Assembly: GCA_040767065.1 (NCBI GenBank)
Contig: JAXGPH010000003.1
Location: 8,686-72,685, forward strand
Length of the DNA stretch: 64,000 nt
Direction of reading: 5' to 3'
Source: Anaerolineaceae bacterium
Lineage (GTDB): Bacteria; Chloroflexota; Anaerolineae; Anaerolineales; Anaerolineaceae
Shown here piece by piece: positions 17,878 to 27,473 of this stretch; the first letter of the stretch is position 1, and each line of letters opens with the position of its first letter. Made by a program: the position numbers and the translations under genes. The notes below the pieces were generated by a model. The model was not told where the DNA came from and did not search any database. It was given only the letters and a program-made list of their open reading frames with translations.

Positions 17878-18692
17878 TCTCACCAACCCAAGCGGAACCA
17901 GCAGCACGAAAAGACCGTCCCTGGATTATTCTGGCTGGGCTGGCGTTTTTGGCTGTCCTGAGCGTATGGTTGTGGTTTACTCCTGCTGGTTTCTGGGGCA
18001 AATTGCGCGCGCTCGGCTACGCCGTCTGCCATCAAATAGAATCACACTCCTACTGCATTCACGGGATTTGCTCGCCACTTTGTGCACGCTGCACAGGGAT
18101 GTATTTGGGAACCATTCTTTCGCTGGGAACCCAGGCATTTCACGGACGCAAGGCCAAGTTCCCCCCCGTATGGGTGAGCGCGGTCTTGGTTCTTTTGTTC
18201 GGATGGTTCGGGGTGGATGGCCTCAACTCCTTTGTGCATTTCTTCCCGAATTTTTCTGGCATTTACGAACCCACCAACCTGCTGAGATTGATCACAGGGA
18301 TGGGTGTGGGTTTGGGGATTGGGACCGTGCTGTTTGTATTGTTTAACGGTACTGCCTGGAGCAATTGGGTGGACGAGTCTGTGTATCAAAAATGGTATGT
18401 ATTTCCGCTGCTGCTTGCTCTTTCAGCGCTGTTGGTTGTGTTGATCCAGACGAATCATCCACTTGTGATTTATCCAGTGATGGTAGTCTCCGGGCTGGGG
18501 GTTTTCCTGGTGTTGAGCAGTGTCTATACCGTGGTGGCATTAATGATCCTGGGGCGGGAGAATGCCCAACTGCACTGGCGGGAATTGCTGCTGCCAATCC
18601 TGATGGGCATGACTATTGCTTTACTGCAAGTATTGCTGACATCATGGCTGCGGTTGGCATTAACAGGCACGTGGGAGCCGATAAACCTCTGA
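17874..18692 (+). CDS. DUF2085-like integral membrane protein
   Basis: CHQIESHS...LCARCTGMYLG signature and multiple TM segments. The candidate TTG start overlaps the AKR stop codon, but the start is uncertain (the ORF is open from 17805). Confidence 0.6.
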   Translation: MISPTQAEPAARKDRPWIILAGLAFLAVLSVWLWFTPAGFWGKLRALGYAVCHQIESHSYCIHGICSPLCARCTGMYLGTILSLGTQAFHGRKAKFPPVWVSAVLVLLFGWFGVDGLNSFVHFFPNFSGIYEPTNLLRLITGMGVGLGIGTVLFVLFNGTAWSNWVDESVYQKWYVFPLLLALSALLVVLIQTNHPLVIYPVMVVSGLGVFLVLSSVYTVVALMILGRENAQLHWRELLLPILMGMTIALLQVLLTSWLRLALTGTWEPINL

Positions 18693-18768
18693 TTTTCTAC
18701 TGTGCTTAAGATTAAGAATGACTATAATGTAAGCGTTGAAGTAGTTCTCAATAATAAGGAAGGAATTA

Positions 18769-19350
18769 ATGACAGAAGTTATTAGTGGGATTCTTGGAGC
18801 CTTTGGTCTCTCGCTTTCGGCAGGATTAAACGCCTACATTCCTTTGCTGGTGGTTTCACTGATGGCAAAGTTTACCAATCTGATCGAACTGGCAAAACCC
18901 TGGGATGCCCTGGAAAGCTGGTGGACGATCGGTGTTTTGGCGGTTTTGGTTGTGATTGAAGCGGTTGCTGATAAGGTACCGGTGGTTGATCATATCAACG
19001 ATGCAATCCAATCCTTCATCCGCCCGGTGGCAGGCGCAATCTTATTTGCAGCAAGTGCAGAAACCATCACTGAAATTCATCCGGTCTTGTCGTTGGTTTG
19101 TGGATTGTTGGTGGCAGGGTCGGTGAATGCTGCGAAATCCGTAGTTGCCAGACCTGCGGTGGATGTGGCTACGGCAGGTATGGGCACACCGGTGGTGAGC
19201 ACGCTCGAAGATGTTTTTGCCGCGATTGTCTCGGTGTTATCGATTCTGGTTCCGATGTTGATGATTATCATCGTATTTTTGACCATATGGTTGATCGCGT
19301 CGATTGTCAATCGCCGTCGTAAGCCGAATGCCAATGAAAGTGCAAGTTAG
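18769..19350 (+). CDS. DUF4126-like membrane protein
   Basis: GLNAYIPLLVVSLMA N-terminal motif, 5-6 TM segments, AAGGAAGGA RBS. Confidence 0.6.
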   Translation: MTEVISGILGAFGLSLSAGLNAYIPLLVVSLMAKFTNLIELAKPWDALESWWTIGVLAVLVVIEAVADKVPVVDHINDAIQSFIRPVAGAILFAASAETITEIHPVLSLVCGLLVAGSVNAAKSVVARPAVDVATAGMGTPVVSTLEDVFAAIVSVLSILVPMLMIIIVFLTIWLIASIVNRRRKPNANESAS

Positions 19351-19362
19351 AGGGGTTATGAA

Positions 19363-19692
19363 ATGACAGAGCACACAGATTCAAATCAGGAGCAGATCAC
19401 TTCCCCCTGGTCGATCGTCAGTTTGATCAGCGGTATTGCCAACTTTATTGGTTTTCCCTTCTGGGGTGCAATAGTAGCATTGATTACAGGTTATATCGCG
19501 AAATCTGAGATAAGAAAAAACCACGGTCGCGTCGGAGGTGAGCGTCTGGCAAATACCGGGTTGATCCTTGGCTGGATCGGAATTGGGCTGGGGGTTCTCA
19601 CTTTCTGCCTTGGCATGCTGATCCTTCTGGGAGTTTTTGGAGGTATCGCTTTTTGTGGTCCGCTCAGTGAACTTATCAACCCCATACGTTAA
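19363..19692 (+). CDS. DUF4190-like small membrane protein
   Basis: SIVSLISGIANFIG..ALITGYIAKSEIRKN..GLILGWIGIGLGVL pattern. RBS gagggg. Confidence 0.55.
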   Translation: MTEHTDSNQEQITSPWSIVSLISGIANFIGFPFWGAIVALITGYIAKSEIRKNHGRVGGERLANTGLILGWIGIGLGVLTFCLGMLILLGVFGGIAFCGPLSELINPIR

Positions 19693-19703
19693 AGAGGATT
19701 TAC

Positions 19704-19937
19704 ATGGAAGATCAAAACTATCAAACTTATACTGAAACGCAAACGCCCGACTCTACGCCCGTGTACACCGAGCAGCCAAAAAAGAAAAACAATGCCTGGT
19801 GGATCATCCTGCTGGTGATTCTGCTGGTCTTGTGCTGCTGTATATTGACTGTCGGGCTGGTGGTCTTTCTCCTGGTCGCCAGCGGTCAATACCGCATCGA
19901 CTGGTCAATGTTGCCCCTCCTGCTGAGCTTTATCTAA
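19704..19937 (+). CDS. small single-pass membrane protein (hypothetical)
   Basis: 77-aa ORF with a polar Thr/Gln/Pro-rich N-terminus, then a long hydrophobic segment WWIILLVILLVLCCCILTVGLVVFLLV. RBS agagga. Confidence 0.4.
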   Translation: MEDQNYQTYTETQTPDSTPVYTEQPKKKNNAWWIILLVILLVLCCCILTVGLVVFLLVASGQYRIDWSMLPLLLSFI

Positions 19938-19946
19938 TCTTGTTTC

Positions 19947-20438
19947 TTATTCTGACCGGCCTGGATGAAAAACCAGGCCAGGTTTAATTAAGTCGGGTGC
20001 ATTGAGAATATCCTGTACCGTTTCCAGGCAGTGTCTTCTCACTTCGACTTGCAGCGGCAGAGCATTAAACTCATCTTCATCAAGCAAGCGGTACTCCCCG
20101 TTGGGATATACCAACAAATCGAGCGCCAGATCCTGCCAGATGATGGTTTCCACACTGAATTGCGCTGGGTAACTAAGATTGAGGTACCAGCATTTCACCT
20201 GGTCAGATGAGCCCTGGTAGACCTCGAACAGGTTGTACCATCGGTCGGTGTAATAGCTCTCCAGCATCAGGTCGCCTCTCAAAAAGGTGACTTTGTCCAC
20301 GGGCACGGCATCGGCGCCAATGAAATGAGCGCTTATCAGGCGGCTGGTGGGGGTTTCAGCGATGAGCTCGCCTTTCCAGTTGAACACTGGCTCCCCCATG
20401 TGGTTTTGTTTGAAGACGGTCAAGGTTCGTGTGCTCAT
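19947..20438 (-). CDS. DUF402 domain protein
   Basis: WYNLFEV, CWYLNL and DLALDLLVYPNGEYRLLDEDEF match the DUF402 beta-barrel family pattern. Confidence 0.55.
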   Translation of the reverse strand: MSTRTLTVFKQNHMGEPVFNWKGELIAETPTSRLISAHFIGADAVPVDKVTFLRGDLMLESYYTDRWYNLFEVYQGSSDQVKCWYLNLSYPAQFSVETIIWQDLALDLLVYPNGEYRLLDEDEFNALPLQVEVRRHCLETVQDILNAPDLIKPGLVFHPGRSE

Positions 20439-21484
20439 TGTTTAGGAAAAACCTGAATTTTGTCTGCCGGCCAACTCACATCCAGCCTGGAACCAACGTC
20501 TGCGGGAGTTTCACTCCTGGCGAACAGGATAGTGTTCGAGCAGAGCAGTTCAAGCTGGTAATACTCTCCCATAAAAAGCGAATCGCGGACGATGCCTTCA
20601 AAGTAATTGTTTCCAACAGAAAATGTTGGGGCGATGAGCGCGTCTTCGGGACGGAGCAGCACTTGGCATGCCTGCCCTTCGCTAAACTCAAGGGGCAAAC
20701 CGGGTAAGGTCAGCTCAGTGAAAGGCAGTTTTATCTCCAAGGGTTCCAGTTTAGTTACCATACCGTGGACCAGGTTGCCCAACCCAAGAAACTCAGCCAC
20801 CCATGGGGTCGAGGGCTGCTCAAACAGCTCCCTGGGAGTGCCTTTCTGCAGGATGATGCCGTCGTGCAGGATCACAAGGCGATCAGCCAGTCCAAAGGCT
20901 TCTTCGCGGTCGTGGGTCACGTAGATAACCGGGATTTGGCTCTGATGCAGGAGAGCGCGCAGTTCCTGGATGAGTTGTGTCCGTAGGGTATGGTCCAGCG
21001 CACCGAGCGGTTCATCCAGCATGAGCAGGTTGGGCGAAGGGGCAAGCGCGCGCGCCAGGGCAACACGCTGTTGCTCGCCGCCTGAGAGTTCCGTGACGGG
21101 GCGATCGGCGAAGCTCTGCATGCGGATACTTTCCAAACTTTCTTTTACGCGTCGGGAGATTTCTTCTTCCTTCAATCCCTGCATTTGCAAACCGAAAGCG
21201 ATGTTCTGCGCAACCGTTTTGTGCGGAAAGAGGGCGTAATCCTGGAACATCAAGCCAAAGCCTCGTTTGTGGGTTGGGACGTCACGCAAGTCTCGCCCTT
21301 TCCACAGCACAGTGCCAGATTTTGGCTCTTCAAGCCCGGCGATGATGCGTAGAATGGTACTTTTGCCAGAGCCGGAAGAACCCAGCAGGCAGACCAGCTC
21401 ACCTTTGCCCACCTCAAAACTAACACCCTTCAGCAGCGGTTTGTTTTCGTAGTCCTTTGTCAGGTTTTGTACCTCAAGCATCAA
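20435..21484 (-). CDS. ABC transporter ATP-binding protein (thiamine/iron(III)-type importer)
   Basis: Walker A GSSGSGKST, signature LSGGEQQRVALARAL, Walker B LLMLDEPLGALD, plus a C-terminal TOBE-like domain. Confidence 0.85.
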   Translation of the reverse strand: MMLEVQNLTKDYENKPLLKGVSFEVGKGELVCLLGSSGSGKSTILRIIAGLEEPKSGTVLWKGRDLRDVPTHKRGFGLMFQDYALFPHKTVAQNIAFGLQMQGLKEEEISRRVKESLESIRMQSFADRPVTELSGGEQQRVALARALAPSPNLLMLDEPLGALDHTLRTQLIQELRALLHQSQIPVIYVTHDREEAFGLADRLVILHDGIILQKGTPRELFEQPSTPWVAEFLGLGNLVHGMVTKLEPLEIKLPFTELTLPGLPLEFSEGQACQVLLRPEDALIAPTFSVGNNYFEGIVRDSLFMGEYYQLELLCSNTILFARSETPADVGSRLDVSWPADKIQVFPKQ

Positions 21485-23172
21485 AACAGCTCCTCTCCGG
21501 GGAGGCGAATCTTTTCAATTAATATGCTTCCCAGTCCGCAAACCAGCAGTAACAGACTGGACATTGCCAGTGCTTGACCGTAGTTTAACGCACCTGGTTG
21601 TGAAATGTAACGATAGATCGCCACGGGAATAGTGGGGGTGTGTATATTGCTGAGGAAACTGGTTGCTCCAAACTCCCCGAGCGAAATGGTAAAGGCGAAA
21701 ACCAAACTTACCAGCAAACTGCGAAGAACGATGGGCAAGTCCACTTTGAGCAGCACCTGCAAGGGATTGGCACCGAGTGTGCGGGAAGCTTCCCGAAGTG
21801 ATTCCGGGATGCTGCGGATGGCTGGCAGAATCGTGCGCACCACGAACGGCAGGGCGATCAGAGAGTGGGCAATGGGGATCATGAGCGGGAAGCTGCTGTT
21901 TGCCCAGGGCGGTCGGTTAAAGATCAGGAGAAACCCAAGCCCAAGGGTAACCGCGCTGGCGCCGAGGGGAAGGATGAAAAGGGGTTCCAGGTACTTATTG
22001 AAGCGGGCTCGCTGCGCCAAGGCATAAGCGGTGAGCAAACCGAGCGAACCGGAAATCAGGATTGCCACCCCAGAATAGAGCAGGGAATTGCGAATTGCCT
22101 GGATTGGGGGGACGTAAAAGATCGAGCCACTCCGATTCTGGAAAAGTTCGCGATAGTAGCGCAGGGTCAAACCAACTGCAACCTCCCCTCGCTGACCCCG
22201 ATCAGCCTCGAGGGTCACGAACGAGCGGGTGATCAAGCTGACAACAGGCACCGCAAACAACAAAATAAGGCAGATTACCATAAAAATAACGAAGATCTTC
22301 TGCCATCTCTTGGCAGGACGGCTGAGAGCGCTTCTTTCCGGATTGAGCGCCGCCTTACCGTAACGGGGGGTATTTGCCCGGTTCTGCAACAGCGTAACGA
22401 GCAAGGTGATTCCAAGCTGGATCACCGAGAGCAATCCCGCCACCGGCAGGTTGAAGCGGTTCATCGCCTGATTGTAAATTTCCACTTCGATCGTGCTGAA
22501 CAGCGGTCCTCCAAGCATCAATACCACGCCAAAACTGGTGAAGTCAAACAAGAAAACCAGCAGGGAGGCGCTCAGCAGCGAGGGTGCCAGCAATGGCAGG
22601 GTGACCTTGGTGAAAGCCTGCCAGGGGGTTGCGCCGAGCATGCGGGCGGCATGCTCAAGGCGCGGATTGAGGCGGCTCCAGGAAGAGCTGACGATCCGGA
22701 TGATGATCGATGTGTTGTAAAAGACATGTGCCATCAGGATGGCTGGCAGGCTGTTGAGCAACTTTAAAGGAGGTACGCTCAGGTCCAAAAGAGCCATCAA
22801 TGCCTGGTTGATCCACCCTTGAGGTCCTATCAGCGTGTTGAAGGCTGCCGCCACCACTACCGTCGGGAGGATAAAAGGTAACAAACTGATGGACCGCAGT
22901 GCCTTCCGCCCGGGAAAATCGAACTTGGCAAAAAGCCAGGCGGCTGGTAGACCCACCAACAGAGTCAGAAGGGTGGAAAGAGTCGCCTGAAAAAAAGTAA
23001 AGCTGAGTGGTCTGCTGACTTGCGACCACTCAAAAAATTCCCAGCCCTGGCTGAAGCGCTCCGAAAAAACCACCCTGAAAATAGCAATCAGTGGCTGATA
23101 AAAGAAGTAGGCGAGGAACGCCAACGGTATCAGCCAAAGGGCGAGAGTCAGCAGGGCAGGGCGTTTGGTCAT
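21481..23172 (-). CDS. ABC transporter permease, duplicated (two-module) ThiP-type
   Basis: 563 aa with about 12 TM segments and two internal permease modules. Stop and start overlap with the flanking ABC genes. Confidence 0.8.
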   Translation of the reverse strand: MTKRPALLTLALWLIPLAFLAYFFYQPLIAIFRVVFSERFSQGWEFFEWSQVSRPLSFTFFQATLSTLLTLLVGLPAAWLFAKFDFPGRKALRSISLLPFILPTVVVAAAFNTLIGPQGWINQALMALLDLSVPPLKLLNSLPAILMAHVFYNTSIIIRIVSSSWSRLNPRLEHAARMLGATPWQAFTKVTLPLLAPSLLSASLLVFLFDFTSFGVVLMLGGPLFSTIEVEIYNQAMNRFNLPVAGLLSVIQLGITLLVTLLQNRANTPRYGKAALNPERSALSRPAKRWQKIFVIFMVICLILLFAVPVVSLITRSFVTLEADRGQRGEVAVGLTLRYYRELFQNRSGSIFYVPPIQAIRNSLLYSGVAILISGSLGLLTAYALAQRARFNKYLEPLFILPLGASAVTLGLGFLLIFNRPPWANSSFPLMIPIAHSLIALPFVVRTILPAIRSIPESLREASRTLGANPLQVLLKVDLPIVLRSLLVSLVFAFTISLGEFGATSFLSNIHTPTIPVAIYRYISQPGALNYGQALAMSSLLLLVCGLGSILIEKIRLPGEELF

Positions 23173-23182
23173 AATCCCAGGT

Positions 23183-24259
23183 TTAGTTCAGCATTAAATT
23201 GGTCCAGGCGTTGATCCAGGCATCTCTTTTAGCCGCTATTAACTCTGGCGCCAGGCTGGCAGGTTGCTCAGGCAACTCAATGGTCTTTTGAAAAGCTTCC
23301 GGAATGGCTGCTTCGGGCAGAACCGGGAACATGAACATCTGCAAAGGGACGTCCTCCTGAAACGGTTGGCTGAGGAGAAAATCGATGAACTTTTCCGCAG
23401 CAGCCCGGTTTTTGGTGCCCTTGAGGATGCCGGCAAATTCGATCTGGCGCCAGCACATGCCTGCTCCGGTCAGCGAGGCGGTCGGCGATTCATCCAGTTC
23501 TGTCTCCGCATAGATGAACTCAGCTGCGGGGCTGGAAGCGTAGGAAACCACCATGGGTTGGGCGCCTCTGCCTGAAGAACCGGAGAAATTGGTGTAGTAA
23601 GCCGTTTCCCAATCAGAGGTTATTTGGACGCCGTTAGCTTTCATGGCCTGCCACCAATCCAGCCAGCCATCCTCGCCAAATTCAGCAATGGTTGCCAGCA
23701 TGAAAGCCAGCCCGGGGGAAGAAGTGGCAGGATTCTCGACCACCAGAAGATTGGCGTACTGAGGATCCGTCAAATCAGCCAGCGAGGTGGGAATGGGAAG
23801 ATTATTTTGCTTGAACCAGGCTTTGTCGTAATTAATGCAGACGTCGCCATAGTCGACAGGCAGCGCTCGGTTTTCGGGGTCGAGCTTGAACTCAGCCGGG
23901 ATCTTTGCCAGCTGCGGCGCGTTGTATGGTTCGAGCAGGTCCTGCTCGAGAGCGCGGGAGAGAAAGGTGTTGTCCAATCCAAAAAACACATCCGCGCCTG
24001 GAGTACTGCCCGAAAGCGATTCAAGGATCAGACGGTTGAGCGTGGCGCCGGTATCGCCGCCCTTAACAAAATTGACCTTGATGTTATTGGCAGTCTCGAA
24101 AGCTGAAAGCACCTCCTGGCTCACCGAAAAAGAGTCATGCGTCATGACAGTCAGAGTGATGGGTTCGCCAGGTCCTTCGGTAGGGGAAACTTTTGACGTG
24201 CAGGCTGTCAAAAGGAACAAAACAACGAGAGTAAAAACGAGCATTTTTCTAGACATCAC
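23183..24259 (-). CDS. thiamine ABC transporter substrate-binding lipoprotein (ThiB/TbpA-like)
   Basis: Lipobox LLTAC. MTHDSFSVS..FE..NIKVNFVKGGDTGATLNRL..DVFFGLDN is typical of ThiB. It belongs to the TPP-riboswitch-controlled operon. Confidence 0.75.
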   Translation of the reverse strand: MMSRKMLVFTLVVLFLLTACTSKVSPTEGPGEPITLTVMTHDSFSVSQEVLSAFETANNIKVNFVKGGDTGATLNRLILESLSGSTPGADVFFGLDNTFLSRALEQDLLEPYNAPQLAKIPAEFKLDPENRALPVDYGDVCINYDKAWFKQNNLPIPTSLADLTDPQYANLLVVENPATSSPGLAFMLATIAEFGEDGWLDWWQAMKANGVQITSDWETAYYTNFSGSSGRGAQPMVVSYASSPAAEFIYAETELDESPTASLTGAGMCWRQIEFAGILKGTKNRAAAEKFIDFLLSQPFQEDVPLQMFMFPVLPEAAIPEAFQKTIELPEQPASLAPELIAAKRDAWINAWTNLMLN

Positions 24260-24260
24260 A

Positions 24261-24914
24261 TCATCCTCCTGAATGAGATTTTGTTCTGATAATCAACAAG
24301 CGACCCGATCGAAAATCAATTTCAACTGAATGAGCCAAAGCGACATTGCTAATTCCGCGGGTTTGCCATGGAACAAGGGATTCGTTGTTGAGAGAGTATT
24401 GCAGCCCTTTGGTGATAATCCCCTCGACGGGCATACCCCATGCGATGAGGGATATCAGGTCGCCAGGTTGGGTGGTTAGGCTGGCGCTTGTGTCAAGCAG
24501 GCAAGCCTCCACCTGACCGTTATCGAGCCAGAGTGTTTTACCTGTCAAGTCCGGGCGGGAGAGCAGGCTGAGATTGCCAAGCGTGTGATCCACACGGTCG
24601 CCGAAAGGATAGGCGATCACGATTTGCCCATAGCTGTTATTGAGGGCATACTCAAGCGCCAGTTCAAGGTCGGTCTGGTCCTTGGCGGGCAGGAAGCGCT
24701 GAACTTCGATGCCGGCATCAATGATCTCCGCCAAGTCACGGGCGTCCACGGAGTCCAGGTCGCCAATCAGTAGGTCGGGCTTGAGCCCCAGGCGTTTCAG
24801 GTGGTGAAGACCGCCATCCACTGCTACCAGGAAATCGCCAGGCAACACGCTTACCTCAAAGCCCGGTTTAGCTTGACCGTTTGTGAAGAGTACCGCGCGT
24901 TCGTCAGTTTGCAT
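24261..24914 (-). CDS. thiamine pyrophosphokinase
   Basis: VAVDGGLHHLKRLGLKPDLLIGDLDSV motif. Start set to the ATG at 24914-24912 (MQTDERAVLF), because the longer ORF runs into the riboswitch. Confidence 0.8.
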   Translation of the reverse strand: MQTDERAVLFTNGQAKPGFEVSVLPGDFLVAVDGGLHHLKRLGLKPDLLIGDLDSVDARDLAEIIDAGIEVQRFLPAKDQTDLELALEYALNNSYGQIVIAYPFGDRVDHTLGNLSLLSRPDLTGKTLWLDNGQVEACLLDTSASLTTQPGDLISLIAWGMPVEGIITKGLQYSLNNESLVPWQTRGISNVALAHSVEIDFRSGRLLIIRTKSHSGG

Positions 24915-24948
24915 CAAAAAAACACCTTCCGCCGGGAGGGTGTTTTTT
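24915..24948 (-). terminator. riboswitch expression-platform terminator
   Basis: The minus strand reads aacaccctcc-cggc-ggaaggtgtt followed by a T7 run, directly abutting the ATG of the thiamine pyrophosphokinase gene. Confidence 0.6.
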
Positions 24949-24957
24949 GGTCTGGCT

Positions 24958-25040
24958 GCACATCCCTCCGCCGGCATTATCCGGATCAGGTTTGTCGGGT
25001 CGGACTGTGCGTCCCTCTCAGCCTTGCGGCTCCCCGTGTT
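24958..25040 (-). promoter_or_regulatory. TPP (THI-box) riboswitch
   Basis: The minus strand reads acacggggagccgcaaggCTGAGAgggacgcacagtccgACCCgacaaACCTGATCCGGATAATGCCGGCGgagggatgtg, the canonical THI-box. A TATAAT box lies at about 25047-25056 on the same strand. Confidence 0.85.
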
Positions 25041-25164
25041 GATGGCATTATAATAGCACGGAAAACAAATGATTTCAAGAGCAAAGTGATTCTCAAGCGG
25101 TTCTCAAGCGGGCTTACGACTTCACTGCAAAAACGACAGGATAAAACTTATCCAAAAGAAACTC

Positions 25165-25395
25165 TGTAGTGCCTCAATAGAAATGTTCACTTTAGGTAAG
25201 TGGTTGGGATTTGTTGTTATTGGCCAACTTGCCCAGCCTCACAGCCTCTGATCGGCTTCATATCCTTCAAGCTGGAGGGTTGGCTTCAGCTTCCTCCATG
25301 CCCTTGCCTTTGGCTGACAGTTGGTACGACCAACCTCTGTAAGGGTCTTTCACCCTCTGGGCACCGCCCATGCTGGGCGCACAAAATCCCTGGGA
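25165..25395 (+). repeat. partial third copy of the module X tail, plus a fragment related to the B1 flank
   Basis: 25215-25385 matches the reverse complement of 12349-12520 (ttgcccagcctcacagcctctgatcggcttca..ggcttcagcttcctccatgcccttgcctttggctgac..). 25165-25200 in reverse matches 16600-16650. Confidence 0.6.
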
Positions 25396-25445
25396 TACTT
25401 AAGTGTACCCCAGGGCGATCTGGTTAATTGGTTATGGAAGGCAGG

Positions 25446-26006
25446 TTATGGAAGGCAGGCTTCGAAAGCGGGCAGATGGTTGTTTAGCGAAGCTCGCTGC
25501 AGGTTAGTGTAGACTCGGATAAGTATTGGGTTGGTAGTGTTGGGCAGTAACTCCTCATATAGATCTGCATCTATTTGTTCAAAGGTTACACCCAATTGAC
25601 AAGCTTCTTCTAAAGTGCTCCATTCGATATCGGCCACCTCACCAGTGTTCTCAGGCACTTCAACCCCAAAGCGTTCTGCAACGCGGATCAGCGCGTTCGC
25701 ATGCTGTTGCTCAGACTGAGCGATGCGGGAAAAAGGCTGGACGTCCCCCAATTCATCTATGACAGCCAGGTAGGTGTTCATGGCAGTATATTCTTCTTGA
25801 ATTGCTTCGACGAGATCTGCCGCCTCTTGGTCGGACAAAGTGGTTGTTGTGATCCTTGCTTCTGGGCTCGCCAGTTGGCTTCGCCTATTCGCAGGGCCGC
25901 CACGGCCAGCTTCAACGGCTGCCTGGGACGGGCTATAAACAAATGCGGTTACTGCTATGACCAGAACCGTAATTGCAATGATTGTGATTGATTTTTTATT
26001 TTTCAT
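25446..26006 (-). CDS. secreted DUF2202 / ferritin-like domain protein
   Basis: Signal/TM MKNKKSITIIAITVLVIAVTAF, then EEYTAMNTYLAVIDELGDVQPFSRIAQSEQQHANAL (ferritin-like DUF2202 pattern). Start at the ATG at 26006 with an AGGAG RBS. Confidence 0.6.
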   Translation of the reverse strand: MKNKKSITIIAITVLVIAVTAFVYSPSQAAVEAGRGGPANRRSQLASPEARITTTTLSDQEAADLVEAIQEEYTAMNTYLAVIDELGDVQPFSRIAQSEQQHANALIRVAERFGVEVPENTGEVADIEWSTLEEACQLGVTFEQIDADLYEELLPNTTNPILIRVYTNLQRASLNNHLPAFEACLP

Positions 26007-26567
26007 CGTTATCTCCTGTTTGATTGACACTGATTTTATAGGAAACTCATTTAGATGTGCTTAAGCGAACATTTGGTTTTGATATATTTACCAGGCTTCC
26101 CAGGAAGTATGGGCGCGCGCACGCTTTCTGCAGTACGAATATGGCAAAATTTGGAGAAAAATTTACGTAAACTTGAACATAGAGCAACCAGGCGTCTGAT
26201 AATCGTCATAAACATGTTTTCAGAGACTTCATTGACCCACACTTACCCCATGTTGAGATCTATTCCTCTTTATAAATGTCTGTGCATAATACATTGCCAT
26301 GAGGTAAAGATGTAGAGGCGGATTGCCGCCTTGCATCGCTCCACGCACAGAACGGGTTGTAGTGCCGTTTGAGGCTGACCTAAAAATTTCACTGTTCCTT
26401 TTGGGAAAGCTAAAAGTGGGGGGACAAAATCGAAACATAGGCCTTTTGCGAGGTGTGCAGGTTAGTTTAAGCCCGAAAACCCAAGCCGGGTGGGCCATGA
26501 AATTACTGAAAAAAATGGAATGATCTGCAGGATGTAAAAATGGTCGGTTTTTGCTGAATTACGCTTG

Positions 26568-26919
26568 TGTCAAGGATAATTTAGAAATGTCCTGTTCGGT
26601 TGATAAAGTGTTCAGTACAGGTTTGCCATTTATCTTTTTTCCACAGGTCCTCCAAGGATGGTCATAAGCAGGCGGCAACGGGTTTGGATTCTCTGATTTG
26701 GAAGAAACAATCGCAGATTATCTGGATCTTTTCTCCACAGAAAGGTTGTATTTGCCAGATCCCCGTTTCTTCGTAGTGCCAGGCCCCCGTGCCGGTGTAG
26801 TGGCAACCCCCGTGCTGGCGTAGTGGCAGGCCCCCGTGCCTGCCATTTGGGCCAGACGAAAAACGGTCAACCATACCAATTTGCAATGTTTTCGAAAGAA
26901 TCCTTAGTACCTGTCAAGG
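26568..26919 (-). repeat. family-B intergenic element, copy B2 (about 3.5 internal units)
   Basis: Bounded by tgtcaagg at both ends. The core aligns with B1 and B3. It has three full 23-24 bp units of the gtagtggcaNNcccccgtgccgg type. Confidence 0.6.
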
Positions 26920-27176
26920 CGCTTTTGTAAAGACGCTTTCTAATGCGTCCTCTGAGGTAAATGACCTGTCCCTCTGATCTCTGAATTCTATTGCAAAGAA
27001 ATAGGACAAATGGTATACTTTTTGTGTCAATGTGTCTCGTTCGTTATTATAAGCCTGACCCACAGGCAATAAACGCCTACACGAAAGGAAAGCACTTAAC
27101 AGCAGGGCATCCACTTGCTGTCGTAAAAATTGCATAAGCTGTTTTACGAATATTGAGAGTTGAAATGGAGTAACAA

Positions 27177-27473
27177 ATGAGAATACAAACTGTCTGTGGC
27201 TTTGGTTGTGGATCATCTCTGATGTTAAGAATGAAACTTGAGGAGGTGCTAAAGAAACAGAATTTTGAAGCTGAAGTATTTTGTGGCGATGTTGGAACCT
27301 GCCTATCAAACAAATGCGACGCAATTTTCATCTCTGAAGATCTCTATTCCCGCATTGCTGATCGCGCAACGGTGCCGGTAATCCCGATTCGGAATTTCAT
27401 GAGCGACGCTGAAATTACCGAAAAGACCCTCAAATTTATTGAAAACCATCGTTCAAAAAAGGAGCTATCGTGA
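27177..27473 (+). CDS. PTS EIIB component, L-ascorbate (UlaB/SgaB) family
   Basis: MRIQTVCGFGCGSSLMLRMKLEEVL, with the active-site Cys in the CGxGxGSS context. Confidence 0.8.
   Translation: MRIQTVCGFGCGSSLMLRMKLEEVLKKQNFEAEVFCGDVGTCLSNKCDAIFISEDLYSRIADRATVPVIPIRNFMSDAEITEKTLKFIENHRSKKELS

Noticed and set aside
26040-26560. Possible decayed gene between the DUF2202 gene and element B2 (ORFs 26051..26242 and 26229..26498).
   Set aside because: I could not match any frame to a known family. The region is left unannotated.
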